Assembly (NCBI GenBank): GCA_019057635.1
Contig: DXJL01000149.1
Location: forward strand, 1 to 51,822
Direction: 5' to 3'
Origin: Candidatus Heimdallarchaeota archaeon
GTDB lineage: Archaea > Asgardarchaeota > Heimdallarchaeia > Hodarchaeales > Hodarchaeaceae
DNA: 51,822 bases
Below the pieces are notes generated by a model. That model searched no databases. It was not told the DNA's origin and was given only the letters and a program-made list of their open reading frames with translations. Of this stretch, positions 28,026 to 38,271 are shown piece after piece (position 1 is the first letter of the stretch; every line of letters begins with the position of its first letter). Made by a program: the position numbers and the translations under genes.

Positions 28026-28910
28026 TTAGCTTAAGAAATTAATGATATGGTTAGCAATTTCTTCGCCTTTTTCTTCTTGGAGAAAATGGCCAGCATCTCT
28101 TATTACAATTTCGGGATTATCTTCGGCAGTTGGAAGTAGTTTTCTGAAAAATTTATCTGCGCCTTTTGTAATAGGATCCTTATCCGAAAACATAACTAAT
28201 GCTGGTTTATTCCATTTTTTTAATTTTTCTCTTGTCTCAAGCATAATAGTTGCCACAGGATTGTCGGGAGAGATTGGAACAAGTAATGGCCAGGCTCGTG
28301 CTCCAACTTTATATTTTTCTTCAGGAAAAGGGGCTTCATACGCTTTTATAATTTCAGGTGCTATGTTTTCCTTATTTGCCAATCCTAGTTCTATAACCAT
28401 CCCAATAGGCAAATCAGGATTGTTTTCCACAAATTCTCGCCATTGCATAAAAGCTTCAGTCGGTTTAGATCGACCTGATGGCAAACCAGTGTTCATAATT
28501 ACTAAATTCTTGATCTTCTCTGGGTTATTCGCTGCAAATGGTAGTCCGATCAATCCACCCCAATCCTGAACAACAAGTGTAATATCATGTAAATTTAATT
28601 CTTCCACGAATTTTGTTAATGTACGATAGTGCATATCATATGTATAATCCTCTAAAGAAGTAAATTTATCTGATCTTCCAAAACCAATGAAGTCAAACGA
28701 AATAACTCGCTTTTTAGCATTTGTAAATGGTTTGACCATCTTACGATAAAGATATGAATAAGTTGGTTCACCATGAAGACATAAAATGACATCACCTGAT
28801 CCTTCATCAATATAATGAACTCTTGCGCCATTTAATGTTACATATTTAGGTTCATATGGAAATTCAGGTAAAGTATCAAAATTCTTTTCTGGTGTACGTA
28901 TTAGATTCAT
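28026..28910 (-). CDS. Haloalkane dehalogenase (alpha/beta hydrolase)
   Basis: LHGEPT, GFGRSDK, nucleophile QDWGG, YEAPFP, GHFLQEE. Confidence 0.92.
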   Translation of the reverse strand: MNLIRTPEKNFDTLPEFPYEPKYVTLNGARVHYIDEGSGDVILCLHGEPTYSYLYRKMVKPFTNAKKRVISFDFIGFGRSDKFTSLEDYTYDMHYRTLTKFVEELNLHDITLVVQDWGGLIGLPFAANNPEKIKNLVIMNTGLPSGRSKPTEAFMQWREFVENNPDLPIGMVIELGLANKENIAPEIIKAYEAPFPEEKYKVGARAWPLLVPISPDNPVATIMLETREKLKKWNKPALVMFSDKDPITKGADKFFRKLLPTAEDNPEIVIRDAGHFLQEEKGEEIANHIINFLS

Positions 28911-29034
28911 GATTATCCCATCTAAGATTTCTTTATAATTATTAAGACTTGATTTCCTCATTATCATAAAATTATGGCTTCAAGGTTAGAATTGTAAATA
29001 AACCGTTTTTCCTATCTCTAATTGAAATTAGTGT

Positions 29035-29067
29035 GTACTTTGTATAAAGTACTTCCTTCATACAAAG
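29035..29067. promoter_or_regulatory. Palindromic operator-like site just upstream of a TATA-like box
   Basis: GTACTTT-GTAT-AAAGTAC (29035-29052) nested with CTTTGTAT-N14-ATACAAAG; TTTAATA follows at 29071. Confidence 0.6.
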
Positions 29068-29118
29068 CTATTTAATATGAAAGAACCACAAGTTTAATTA
29101 GCAACCTACATGTCTTAG

Positions 29119-29760
29119 GTGATTGCATTGAATGATGAAATTAATTTAAAGGAACTAGAGCAAAAAACATTTAATGAATTTATGATTGATGGAATTACGG
29201 AACTTTTAGCTGGCTTTGTATTATTATTTTCCCCGATACTTATCTTGAATCCGATTTTTGTTGTTTTCGTTCCCTTTCTCCTTTTTCTTAGTCCACAGGC
29301 TATTGAATATATTAGGCAGCGAACAACTTATCCTCGCATTGGTAGAGTGGAGTTTAAAGATCAAGAAAAGATAGAGAATTATTCTATGAAGACATCTCTT
29401 CGAGATGTGCTCATTCTTCTCCTAGTTGCAGTGATTCTTACTTTTACTTTTATGATGGTATTTGAAGGAACGATTCTTGATATTTCCTTATGGTACTCAT
29501 GGGTACCCTGTATGTTTGGCTTAATCATGTTTGGCCCGAGTTTATTCCTTGTAGAGAAAACAGGTCAAAGATATTACTACGTTTTCGGAATATTTTCCTC
29601 CCTCCTAGGATTAGGAATTTCGACACTTGACTTCCCGAATATTTTTGATGGTATGTATTTGTACTTCTTTACTCTCGGATTATTGGTATCAGCATTAGGC
29701 GTAATTAGGTATATCTGGTTTATCCGAAATTATCCTGTTATTGTTCTTGAGGAGGATTAA
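29119..29760 (+). CDS. Hypothetical membrane protein (about 6 TM)
   Basis: Hydrophobic helices, DG..E near the N-terminus and RTTYPRIG motif; coupled to a wHTH regulator. Confidence 0.8.
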   Translation: MIALNDEINLKELEQKTFNEFMIDGITELLAGFVLLFSPILILNPIFVVFVPFLLFLSPQAIEYIRQRTTYPRIGRVEFKDQEKIENYSMKTSLRDVLILLLVAVILTFTFMMVFEGTILDISLWYSWVPCMFGLIMFGPSLFLVEKTGQRYYYVFGIFSSLLGLGISTLDFPNIFDGMYLYFFTLGLLVSALGVIRYIWFIRNYPVIVLEED

Positions 29761-29762
29761 TT

Positions 29763-30083
29763 TTGGAAGAGCATCAAGGTATTGCAGATGATTTTCCATT
29801 TAATACAGATATTGATAAGGTTATCCATGTGCCCTCACGACTTATTATCTTATCTTATTTATATGTTGTTAAAAACGCCGATTTAATATTCTTCAGGAGA
29901 AAGACACAGCTTTCTTGGGGTAATCTTTCTACCCATGCCTCCAAACTAGAAGCAGCGGGATACATCAAGATAACAAAAAGTTTTCGAGAAAAAAAGCCTA
30001 CTACTATCTTAGAAATTACGCAAAATGGAATATCGGCCTTTGAAAAATATAAAAGCATGATGCAAGGAGTTTTAGGGGATTAA
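29763..30083 (+). CDS. Winged-helix transcriptional regulator (HTH_34, MarR/ArsR-like)
   Basis: IHVPSRLIILSYL, LSWGNLSTHASKLEAAGYI, KPTT..ITQNG. Confidence 0.9.
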   Translation: MEEHQGIADDFPFNTDIDKVIHVPSRLIILSYLYVVKNADLIFFRRKTQLSWGNLSTHASKLEAAGYIKITKSFREKKPTTILEITQNGISAFEKYKSMMQGVLGD

Positions 30084-30098
30084 AGACTAGGTTTGATC

Positions 30099-30878
30099 TT
30101 AATAAAAACCCTCAATGAACGCTCGAACGTTTTTTCCTAACACAGTATGATTATATCCCCCTTCCAGACAGGCAAATCGTCTGTTTTTTCCATAGTCCTC
30201 ACTGAATGACTTCAATAATGTACCTATTGATCGATAGTCCTTTGTTGTGAGGAGCCCCCCCCAATCATCTTCATGTCGGTCAAATCCTGCGGATACGGCC
30301 AAAAAATCCACTTTCCTATGTTGTGCAAGGAAATCTATTAAATTTGAGAGGAATTCTTCAGATGTATTTCCATCACAGGCATAATAAGTGACAAGAGGAT
30401 CGTTTCTAAATATATTATTTGAGCCATCACCAAAATGAAGGTCAAAATCTACTATCAAAGCATTTTGTATTTGCTTGTGCATGCAATAATATCTAACAGC
30501 AATAGCAATATTATTGAAGTAGCAGAACCCCCAATAACCATCAGGAGACGCATGGTGACCTGGAGGACGAATTACAGCAAACATGGGTTGCTGATTGTAC
30601 GCATTTTCCGCAGCTAATAATGCTCCCCCTACAGCCAATAAAGCACTTTGATAAATTTGGTCGTAGTCATTTTGTACACGAGTTGCGTGGTCTTCTGTAT
30701 GGACGAGTAGGACATCTTCTATTGTAGCAGGAGAAGGAGATATAACTGAAAAATCTGATAATTCATTCATAATCGCCTCCATTCGACCAGGTTCTGCAGC
30801 GGGATCAAAAGTGTATTCCAAATAGTAATCTTCATGAAAAATGACTTGTTTATGTATATCCTTTCTTCTTTTTAGCAT
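30099..30878 (-). CDS. Histone deacetylase family protein
   Basis: RPPGHHA, GFCYFNN, DFDLHFGDG, SAGFD, LEGGY. Confidence 0.95.
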   Translation of the reverse strand: MLKRRKDIHKQVIFHEDYYLEYTFDPAAEPGRMEAIMNELSDFSVISPSPATIEDVLLVHTEDHATRVQNDYDQIYQSALLAVGGALLAAENAYNQQPMFAVIRPPGHHASPDGYWGFCYFNNIAIAVRYYCMHKQIQNALIVDFDLHFGDGSNNIFRNDPLVTYYACDGNTSEEFLSNLIDFLAQHRKVDFLAVSAGFDRHEDDWGGLLTTKDYRSIGTLLKSFSEDYGKNRRFACLEGGYNHTVLGKNVRAFIEGFY

Positions 30879-30901
30879 TAATTTGGCTGAGTTGGGAGTA
30901 A

Positions 30902-33247
30902 TCATAATATTGGTTTTCCTAGACGCCATTCAACCTCAAATTTGATTGATTGTTGAATCTGATCCATAAAGTGTGGAGATAATCCCAAATAATCAACGCA
31001 AAGAAGTTGATCCAATTTCATTTGGATTTTCAGATATTTAGTCTTTTCTCCAATTTTTGGAATGTGTAATTCAATTAATTCTTGGAGACATTCTTTTATT
31101 TGGTGTATGGTAGTGTCTGGCATCTGTCTTGGATCAAGTACAAGTAAATTTTGGCATTCACTTAGCGACAACTTCAATGAGCCTAATCCTAAAGTTCTTG
31201 TTCCTTGAATTTCACGTAACAATACACCTAATGATGAATTCATGAATCCAAGTAAAAATTCAGTCCAAACAGGGCTATCTGGCCAAAATCCTATCCATTG
31301 TTTGTCTACATGTAACTCTTGCGTATTATAAGCAACAAATGAACGCAAATAAGTCATATTTGGAATAAGAATTTCTGGTTGAATTTTTGAGATACAATAC
31401 CAAGTTGATTTGCTTTTATTTAGGAAATATGGTCTGGAGAGAATATCATTTTTGATACTATCTAAATAATGCTGTAAATGAACGTCTTTCTCAATGTTGA
31501 TCTCAGGTGGAATAGACAACAGGTATAACGATTTCTGAGGAGCAATTATACTTAAGCTGATAAAGTCTTTTGGTGATTTAGTCATAGAAACTAAGTGTTT
31601 TTGAGAAAGACTAAATTTTTGTACCATATCTTCAGATAAATAGAAATATCTATTAGCTCCAGTTGTAGAACCTAAAGAAAGTTTCCCTAGGTGGTTCAAT
31701 AGACAGAATTTGTCTTTATTGGCTAAAAGAATATGATGGAGAAAGAAGGGGGCCATGGTAAAATAATCAATTCTCATTATTGGAAATCGGTATGTGTTAT
31801 CTCGAGAAAATAAGAGATGGGAATTTGTAATTCGACTCATTCGATATTCATTATTTTCAAAAGATTCGATATTTATATCCTTTAATTGAGTTGAACGTAA
31901 TTGTTCCACAGAATCAATATATTCAGACAATGGTTCGTCGATCTTTAACAATTCAGACAATTTTTTCTTCCAGACTAACACTGTAGTAGAATTTACTTCA
32001 TCAAAATGTTCAACCTTATGTCCAATAATAATATTCGTTATAATTTCTGCTTTTTTCCATGGCTCTGAAGGAAGCTCAAGAATTAAATCAATGTTAAAGT
32101 ATTTTTCAAGGAGAAGGGAATTTATAGGAGATAGGAATCGTGAAGAATACCAAGATCGTGATAAAACTAATCCTAATACTCCGTTTGGGTTAAGCTTAAA
32201 CATCAACATTATCCAAAAGTAAAAATAAAGATCTGCTTTCGAATCAACTTGCTGATTACTTCCTGAAAAGATTGATTGATATTCTGGAATAGTAACAAGT
32301 TTTGCAATAATTTTCTTCTTATCTATATTATGATGACGAATATAAGGAGGATTACCAAGACACAAATCAAATTTTAGATTGCTTGGCTCTTCTATAAGCA
32401 GAAAATTCTCTTTTTTAATATTTACAATTGATTCTACAAAGTTTTTCATCTCTCCAACAGAAATTGATTCATAAGATACAACTTTTGTTATCCAGTGATG
32501 TAGAAAAACTAATTTTGTTAAAATAACATGAGTAGGATCAATATCAAAACCATATAAATTGGAGAGAAATTTCTGGAAATATTGCTGGTATTCGTAATTG
32601 GAAATCGAATTCTTAATCTTGAAGATTATGGTGCTATAAATTTCTATTATTTCATGCAAAAATAACCCAGTGCCGCAGCTTGGATCAATTATAGACGTAG
32701 ATGACAACTGGTTTACAAAAGTTTTGTAAATATCTTGGTTCTCTTGTGAAATTTTTCCCTGAAAGATAATTCGATGTATTAAAGATTGATCAATTACTAA
32801 AGCATTATTGAGCATCAAGTACTTGTATAGACTGAAGTAACAGATGAACTGAACCTGATTTTGTGGGGTAAAGAATAAACCTGTATTTTTTTTCTTCTGG
32901 GTTCGTGTTAACGTTTCATAGAGATAGGAGAGTCGATAAATATCAATTCCTTCCTTACTTACTCCGTGAATGACCTCCCACCACCAATATGTCTCCTTTA
33001 GGTAATCAATAATAAGAGTATTTTCCTTTACAGCTAAAGAATCGAATATGAATCTCATTCTAGGTAGCGATTTCCCATTAGATAACATATTTATAAAAGA
33101 AGTTTTATCAGGAGTATCATTTAGCTCTGAAATGGGGAAAACATAATAAAATGTAAAGACACATCTGAAAAACGGGAGTAGGTCTGGATATTTAATAGAT
33201 TCTTTTTCCAGACGTTCCAAAAATTCCTGAAGTAATAAGTCCATCAA
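30902..33247 (-). CDS. Eco57I-like amino-DNA methyltransferase
   Basis: GLFFTP, IIDPSCGTGLFL, LYGFDID, FDLCLGNPPYIR, ADLYFYF, TGANRYFYL, LGLGSLKL. Confidence 0.9.
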   Translation of the reverse strand: MMDLLLQEFLERLEKESIKYPDLLPFFRCVFTFYYVFPISELNDTPDKTSFINMLSNGKSLPRMRFIFDSLAVKENTLIIDYLKETYWWWEVIHGVSKEGIDIYRLSYLYETLTRTQKKKNTGLFFTPQNQVQFICYFSLYKYLMLNNALVIDQSLIHRIIFQGKISQENQDIYKTFVNQLSSTSIIDPSCGTGLFLHEIIEIYSTIIFKIKNSISNYEYQQYFQKFLSNLYGFDIDPTHVILTKLVFLHHWITKVVSYESISVGEMKNFVESIVNIKKENFLLIEEPSNLKFDLCLGNPPYIRHHNIDKKKIIAKLVTIPEYQSIFSGSNQQVDSKADLYFYFWIMLMFKLNPNGVLGLVLSRSWYSSRFLSPINSLLLEKYFNIDLILELPSEPWKKAEIITNIIIGHKVEHFDEVNSTTVLVWKKKLSELLKIDEPLSEYIDSVEQLRSTQLKDINIESFENNEYRMSRITNSHLLFSRDNTYRFPIMRIDYFTMAPFFLHHILLANKDKFCLLNHLGKLSLGSTTGANRYFYLSEDMVQKFSLSQKHLVSMTKSPKDFISLSIIAPQKSLYLLSIPPEINIEKDVHLQHYLDSIKNDILSRPYFLNKSKSTWYCISKIQPEILIPNMTYLRSFVAYNTQELHVDKQWIGFWPDSPVWTEFLLGFMNSSLGVLLREIQGTRTLGLGSLKLSLSECQNLLVLDPRQMPDTTIHQIKECLQELIELHIPKIGEKTKYLKIQMKLDQLLCVDYLGLSPHFMDQIQQSIKFEVEWRLGKPIL

Positions 33248-33468
33248 TTTACCCTTTTATAGACTAATAACAACTAAATCGATTTTTATCACATACATAA
33301 GATGAGGTGTATTCATCGATTTAACTACAAGTTTTATTCTCTTCTTTATATACGAATGGTATCAATTTTAATCCTCTCACCCTAAAAAAGAATAAAAATC
33401 TTGATGGATAGTAATTTACTGTAAAGGAACGATTCAATGAAAAGAACTATAGAAGGGTGATACACAAG

Positions 33469-34047
33469 ATGAAAATATCATCTATCATACCCATTTCTGA
33501 AGTTAATGGTCCAGGACCACATTACACGGTATGGGTTCAAAGATGCACGTTAAAATGTCCAGATTGTTTCAATCCCCATACGCATGACCTAACTTCAGGA
33601 ATGGAAAAGAAATTATCACATTTACTCCAAGACATTAAGAATTATTGGTTGAAGAAACAAATAATCGGTGTAACATTGACAGGAGGGGAACCTTTTCAAC
33701 AAATTAATGAGGTTATCCAGCTTACTAAACCCATTAAATCACAAACTAGCTTGGGAATAATTATTTTAACTGGTTACAGCCCTAAAGAGCTAATCCGACT
33801 CCCAAGTATTAAATCAGTTACAGAAAATATTGACCTAATTATTGCAGGACGATATCGTAGAGAATTTAAGATCCAATCAGGTTTGAGGGGCTCCAGTAAC
33901 AAAAATTACCTTTACTATTCAGATTTCTATAAGAAATTCGTTTTAGACGAAATTCCACTGATGGAAGTCATTACAAATGAGGTCGGTGAAATAATTATAT
34001 CTGGAATTGAGCCAGACATTTTACTTGATACAATAAACCCCGAATAA
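33469..34047 (+). CDS. NrdG-like radical SAM (single 4Fe-4S cluster) protein
   Basis: VNGPG..WVQRCTLKCPDCFN (CxxxCxxC), LTGGEPFQQ, TGY, IDLIIAGRY, LRGSSN. Confidence 0.88.
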   Translation: MKISSIIPISEVNGPGPHYTVWVQRCTLKCPDCFNPHTHDLTSGMEKKLSHLLQDIKNYWLKKQIIGVTLTGGEPFQQINEVIQLTKPIKSQTSLGIIILTGYSPKELIRLPSIKSVTENIDLIIAGRYRREFKIQSGLRGSSNKNYLYYSDFYKKFVLDEIPLMEVITNEVGEIIISGIEPDILLDTINPE

Positions 34048-34073
34048 GTACAGAATAACAATTTTGCTATATT

Positions 34074-35267
34074 TTAGGACTGATCAACATTCAAAACAAA
34101 TTGAATAACAATTTCAGCGGCTTTTGCGATTTTAGGGCCTGACAGTTTATCAGCTGTATCTTCTAAAGTATGCCAGTAAGGAGGAAGCCCTTCTTTTGCC
34201 AGTCCAAAAAGGGTCGCTGCATGTAACCCTTTTCTTGAAAAGTTGGCTGCATCACTACCTGCGAAAGGTAGAGGCCCTACTCTTATAGGCACACCAACTT
34301 GGTTAGCTGCGGATGATATAAGATCAATAACCTTTGACGAATGTTTTGCAAGAAACATAGGTTCTCGTGTTGCTAACAAAAGATCATCAGCACTTAGAGT
34401 TTCCAAATTAAATAGCATCCCATTACGAGAGCGCAGTTCCTTCTGATGTTGGGCAACAAATCGTTTCGAGCCTCTCATATGTTCCTCCCCTGCAAAGCTA
34501 ACCAGCCAAACTTCTGTTTCTTCAGGCCTGTGTTTCGCTAGATATCTGCCACATTCCATTACTGCACCTACTGCCGTTAAATTATCATTAGCTCCCATTA
34601 CTACATTATCTGATCTTAGAAAGAGAGTAATGATCGTGACGAATATTATTCCTAGTAAAGAGAAAAGTAGGTGTGCCGTATCTAAGATCGATATTAGATT
34701 TTGATCTGCAAAAAGAGTTCTTAGAAGAGCTATAACGATATTAAGAACCACAATTACTACAGTAAATATGATGACATATACCGATTTTTCCCCAAGCTTA
34801 CCAAAGAGTGGGAATTCAAATGCAGAGTCATGATGTCCTGAAAGTAAAACCAAATTCTTAGGAGGTTTATTTGGGTTAATTTTCCCCACAACATGAAACG
34901 TTGAGATTTCAGGAAAAAGAAAATCTACTGCTTCATACAACAATATCTGCTGGAGAAAATATATAGCTAAACCCACAAATAGTAAAATTGATGTGAGTAA
35001 GGGGAAGAAAAAATATGCAACTATTCCAAGATAGTAGAAGAGGGCAGTAATTTTTATGAAATCGAGAAATCCTCCAGGCCTACATGAAAAGTCTTCCTTC
35101 TTAACAGAATCGCAAAAAGTAGCCATTTCGGTGTAAATAATTTCTCCTGCTTTCCTTTCTTCCTCAGAACCACTGATTCTCGGTCCTACCTCATCACAAA
35201 TTGTGTTTATAAAAGATAATATCGGTTCACCAGTGGGATCGAGTTTTCTTTGATTTTCATTTGGCAT
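34074..35267 (-). CDS. M28 family metallopeptidase with inserted TM helices
   Basis: GPRISGS, SGHHDS, GANDN, AGEE, NLET, GSDA, YWHTLED. Confidence 0.9.
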   Translation of the reverse strand: MPNENQRKLDPTGEPILSFINTICDEVGPRISGSEEERKAGEIIYTEMATFCDSVKKEDFSCRPGGFLDFIKITALFYYLGIVAYFFFPLLTSILLFVGLAIYFLQQILLYEAVDFLFPEISTFHVVGKINPNKPPKNLVLLSGHHDSAFEFPLFGKLGEKSVYVIIFTVVIVVLNIVIALLRTLFADQNLISILDTAHLLFSLLGIIFVTIITLFLRSDNVVMGANDNLTAVGAVMECGRYLAKHRPEETEVWLVSFAGEEHMRGSKRFVAQHQKELRSRNGMLFNLETLSADDLLLATREPMFLAKHSSKVIDLISSAANQVGVPIRVGPLPFAGSDAANFSRKGLHAATLFGLAKEGLPPYWHTLEDTADKLSGPKIAKAAEIVIQFVLNVDQS

Positions 35268-35444
35268 TTTTTTCCGCTCTGTAATTTTGAGGAGTAGTTA
35301 ATTTGTAGATTCTTTTTCATTTTATAAGAGTAATAAATCGTCCTACAACTAGGCTACTTGTTATAATTAATGATACTTGTATCTAGTATTAACTGTTAAA
35401 ATGTCCTGCTGATTGGTCAGAATTAGAAAAATTCTCATCTATCC

Positions 35445-36200
35445 TCATTTGTTACATACAAATATCATATCTGTTGAGGAATCCCCATCATAAGAATCCT
35501 TGTTATAACTCCCATACACTTCAATATTTTTGAATTGAGTTACTTCCAATAATTCTTTCATTTTATTTACAGTTATACGGGGAATATTAGCTTTACCAGT
35601 TGTCACCAATTCGTAATCGAAAACCTCAGATTTTCGAAATAGAGTGACTATTTCTGGATGGATGAAGTTCTCATCGGTAGAAAATCCACGTAGAAAGACA
35701 TATTCACCATTTGGAGTACGAACACTTCGAGGCGGTGACCAGCCATTACGTTCTTTCATGGTATTTAATATTTGGAATATCAAAATCCCTCTCGGTTTAA
35801 GATGTTGATAAAGTTTGGCTATAACAGGTTTAAACGAAGCAGGTGAAGAAGCAATTAATCCAATTGAATTTCCTAGGCTATAGATAGCGTCAAATGACCT
35901 TTTTGACAATAAATTAGGATCTAGAAAATTCCCTACAATGAATTCAGCTTCAGGAACCCTTTTTTTTGCTTCCTTGATCATGGTGGGATCGAGATCTATT
36001 CCTGTTAAGGAACATTGAAAATTTTGGTTCAATTCTTTCAGATGTCGCCCAGTGCCGCAACCAACAGAGAAGATGGAACTTCTAGCTGATATTTGCTTAG
36101 AAAAAAAACTAGAAAGAAATGGAATCTCGCGAGCTAACCTTTTTTCCCAATTAATTAGTAAATCGTAATGGTTCCCACCAGATAGAAGTGAATTACTCAT
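35445..36200 (-). CDS. Class I SAM-dependent methyltransferase (glycine/sarcosine N-methyltransferase-like)
   Basis: VGCGTGRH, GIDLD, FDAIYSLGNS, LKPRGILI. Confidence 0.88.
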   Translation of the reverse strand: MSNSLLSGGNHYDLLINWEKRLAREIPFLSSFFSKQISARSSIFSVGCGTGRHLKELNQNFQCSLTGIDLDPTMIKEAKKRVPEAEFIVGNFLDPNLLSKRSFDAIYSLGNSIGLIASSPASFKPVIAKLYQHLKPRGILIFQILNTMKERNGWSPPRSVRTPNGEYVFLRGFSTDENFIHPEIVTLFRKSEVFDYELVTTGKANIPRITVNKMKELLEVTQFKNIEVYGSYNKDSYDGDSSTDMIFVCNK

Positions 36201-36753
36201 AATTAACTTCCTTTCAGCAATCATCAAATAATATTATTCTTCGACAAAATACAAATTAGTCCAATCAGGGAATAAAAATGTATATTCTCCTACTGCATTT
36301 CTTATCGCAGATACCATTCCTCTGTAAAAAGAATCAAGGCTTATACTCTTTTTGTGCTGATTCAAACTGATTTGAAGAGTGAGTTAGCACAGATTTGTAC
36401 CCCTTATTCTGATTAACAATTAAATAAAGAACACGAATGATGGTGATTCGTCGATAAGCTTCAGGAATTACAGTCACATCAGTTTTCCGATCAAACTTCC
36501 CGTTTGCTCTCGTTTAAGTTTATGATTACTTCTATAATCTGATTTACCTCCACAAATGCTTCTTTCATGTCTTCATTCAAAATAATCATTCCATCGAAGA
36601 CTACTCAGGTAATCAATGTGTCAAACCTAAGATCAAAATTTGATAAAAAAGAAAAGAAAATAAATAAGTTTTTAAGCCGACTTAAATCATACATTTTTAA
36701 ATAGGGAATGACTTTGTTCTTACTACAGTATCAATAACTAAGGATCACTTCAA

Positions 36754-37116
36754 ATGCCATTCGATTCATTCTTCCGAGAATTAGAAAAAACCAATAATAG
36801 TGGAAAAGAAAGAATACTCTGTTATTGTCGTCATCCAAACGTGGGTCAATTGAAAATTCAACCTGATGATAGTTATTTCTTTGAAGGTGACTGTACTTCC
36901 GATAAAGCATGTTTTAAGATCCAATTTGACTGCAGTAGAAGCCCCTCGCGTAATCTACAAGTTCTTACAAAAATAAGCCCAAAAAAGAGAAAGGAGTGGG
37001 AGACACGCCCCACATTGGATAAATTCTTTGAAAAAGATTATATATCTCGTGTGAGTAAAAGAGACATACCTAGTCCACCCCCACCACATAACGTGGACAA
37101 TCCAACCGATTCTTGA
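36754..37116 (+). CDS. Small Cys-containing hypothetical protein, 3' end overlaps the thiolase
   Basis: ATG start, CYCRH..C..C..C, TLDKFF motif; most of the ORF fills otherwise intergenic space. Confidence 0.5.
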   Translation: MPFDSFFRELEKTNNSGKERILCYCRHPNVGQLKIQPDDSYFFEGDCTSDKACFKIQFDCSRSPSRNLQVLTKISPKKRKEWETRPTLDKFFEKDYISRVSKRDIPSPPPPHNVDNPTDS

Positions 37117-38222
37117 CGCTTAATCATCTCATGTAAGAGGGTTACTGTAATACGTGACCCAGTACAACCTACAGGATGACCTAACCCTATCCCAGATCCA
37201 TTTACATTAGTAATTTCGCGATCAAAACCCATTTCGCGTTCTGCAGCAAGATATGTTGCAGCAAATGCTTCATTCATTTCTATAAGCCCAATATCGTCAA
37301 AAGTATAATCAGACACTTTAGAAAACAAGTTTTTTGTAGCTGGAACTGGGCCCATACCCATTCGATCTGGATCTACACCACTTATGCCATAACCAACTAT
37401 TTTAGCTAATGGTTTTATACCCAAGTCATCAGCTTTTGATTCATTCATTATTAGAACTGCAGCTGCTCCGTCATTAATCCCAGAGGCATTTCCAGATGTA
37501 ACAACTCCATCTTTTTTGAACACAGGTCTCATTTTTGCTAATTGATCAAGGGAATAATCACGAGGATGTTCATCAACTTCAAAATTGGTTACTCCTTTTC
37601 GTGTTTTCACCTCAATTGGGACAATTTCATCCTTAAACCGACCAGATGATGTGGCTTTTAAGGCATTCTGATGTGAACGATAGGCAACTTCATCTAATTC
37701 TTCTCTAGTCAATTTAAATTCTTCAGCCAATATTTCCGCGGTCATACCCATGAGTTTGTCACCCCCGGCCTTAAGACCCTCCATAACACCATCAACGAAT
37801 ACTTTATCAAAGTATCGAGATCCCCAACGCATATCATAAGAAAGGTAGGGAATTGTACTCATAGATTCCACCCCACCAGCGAGAATAATCTCACTAGTTG
37901 GTTCAGCTTGTATCTGGTGCATTCCAGAGACAATAGCTTCCATTGCGGAGGTGCAAACACGATTAAGCGTTACTGCAGGTACCTCTTTGGGAATGCCTGC
38001 TCGTAAGGCTGCAATTCGGGTGACATTCATGTAGCGATTGTCTTCAACACAACATCCAAATCTAACATCATTAATTTGCTCTGCAAGGTTCTCAACGCCA
38101 TTCCGTTCAATAGTTGCTTTCATAACGACAGCAGCGAGATCAGGAGCTTGCATATTCTTTAAAGTGCCTCCAAAACTACCTATTGCCGATCTGACGGCTT
38201 CTACTATTACAACATTATCCAT
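37038..38222 (-). CDS. Acetyl-CoA C-acetyltransferase (thiolase)
   Basis: NRVCTSA (catalytic Cys), GGVESMS, NEAFA, GHPVG, LCGGGG. Confidence 0.95.
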   Translation of the reverse strand: MDNVVIVEAVRSAIGSFGGTLKNMQAPDLAAVVMKATIERNGVENLAEQINDVRFGCCVEDNRYMNVTRIAALRAGIPKEVPAVTLNRVCTSAMEAIVSGMHQIQAEPTSEIILAGGVESMSTIPYLSYDMRWGSRYFDKVFVDGVMEGLKAGGDKLMGMTAEILAEEFKLTREELDEVAYRSHQNALKATSSGRFKDEIVPIEVKTRKGVTNFEVDEHPRDYSLDQLAKMRPVFKKDGVVTSGNASGINDGAAAVLIMNESKADDLGIKPLAKIVGYGISGVDPDRMGMGPVPATKNLFSKVSDYTFDDIGLIEMNEAFAATYLAAEREMGFDREITNVNGSGIGLGHPVGCTGSRITVTLLHEMIKRQESVGLSTLCGGGGLGMSLLLTRDI

Positions 38223-38271
38223 TCTATAAAATCTCCTATTATTGAAAAAAAGAGAAGAGAAAAATTAATTT

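Noticed and set aside
36230-36590. Broken minus-strand reading frames (MIILNEDMKEAF..., ...FYRGMVSAIRNAVGEYTFLFPDW)
   Set aside because: May be a decayed gene, but it needs several frameshifts and matches no family I recognise
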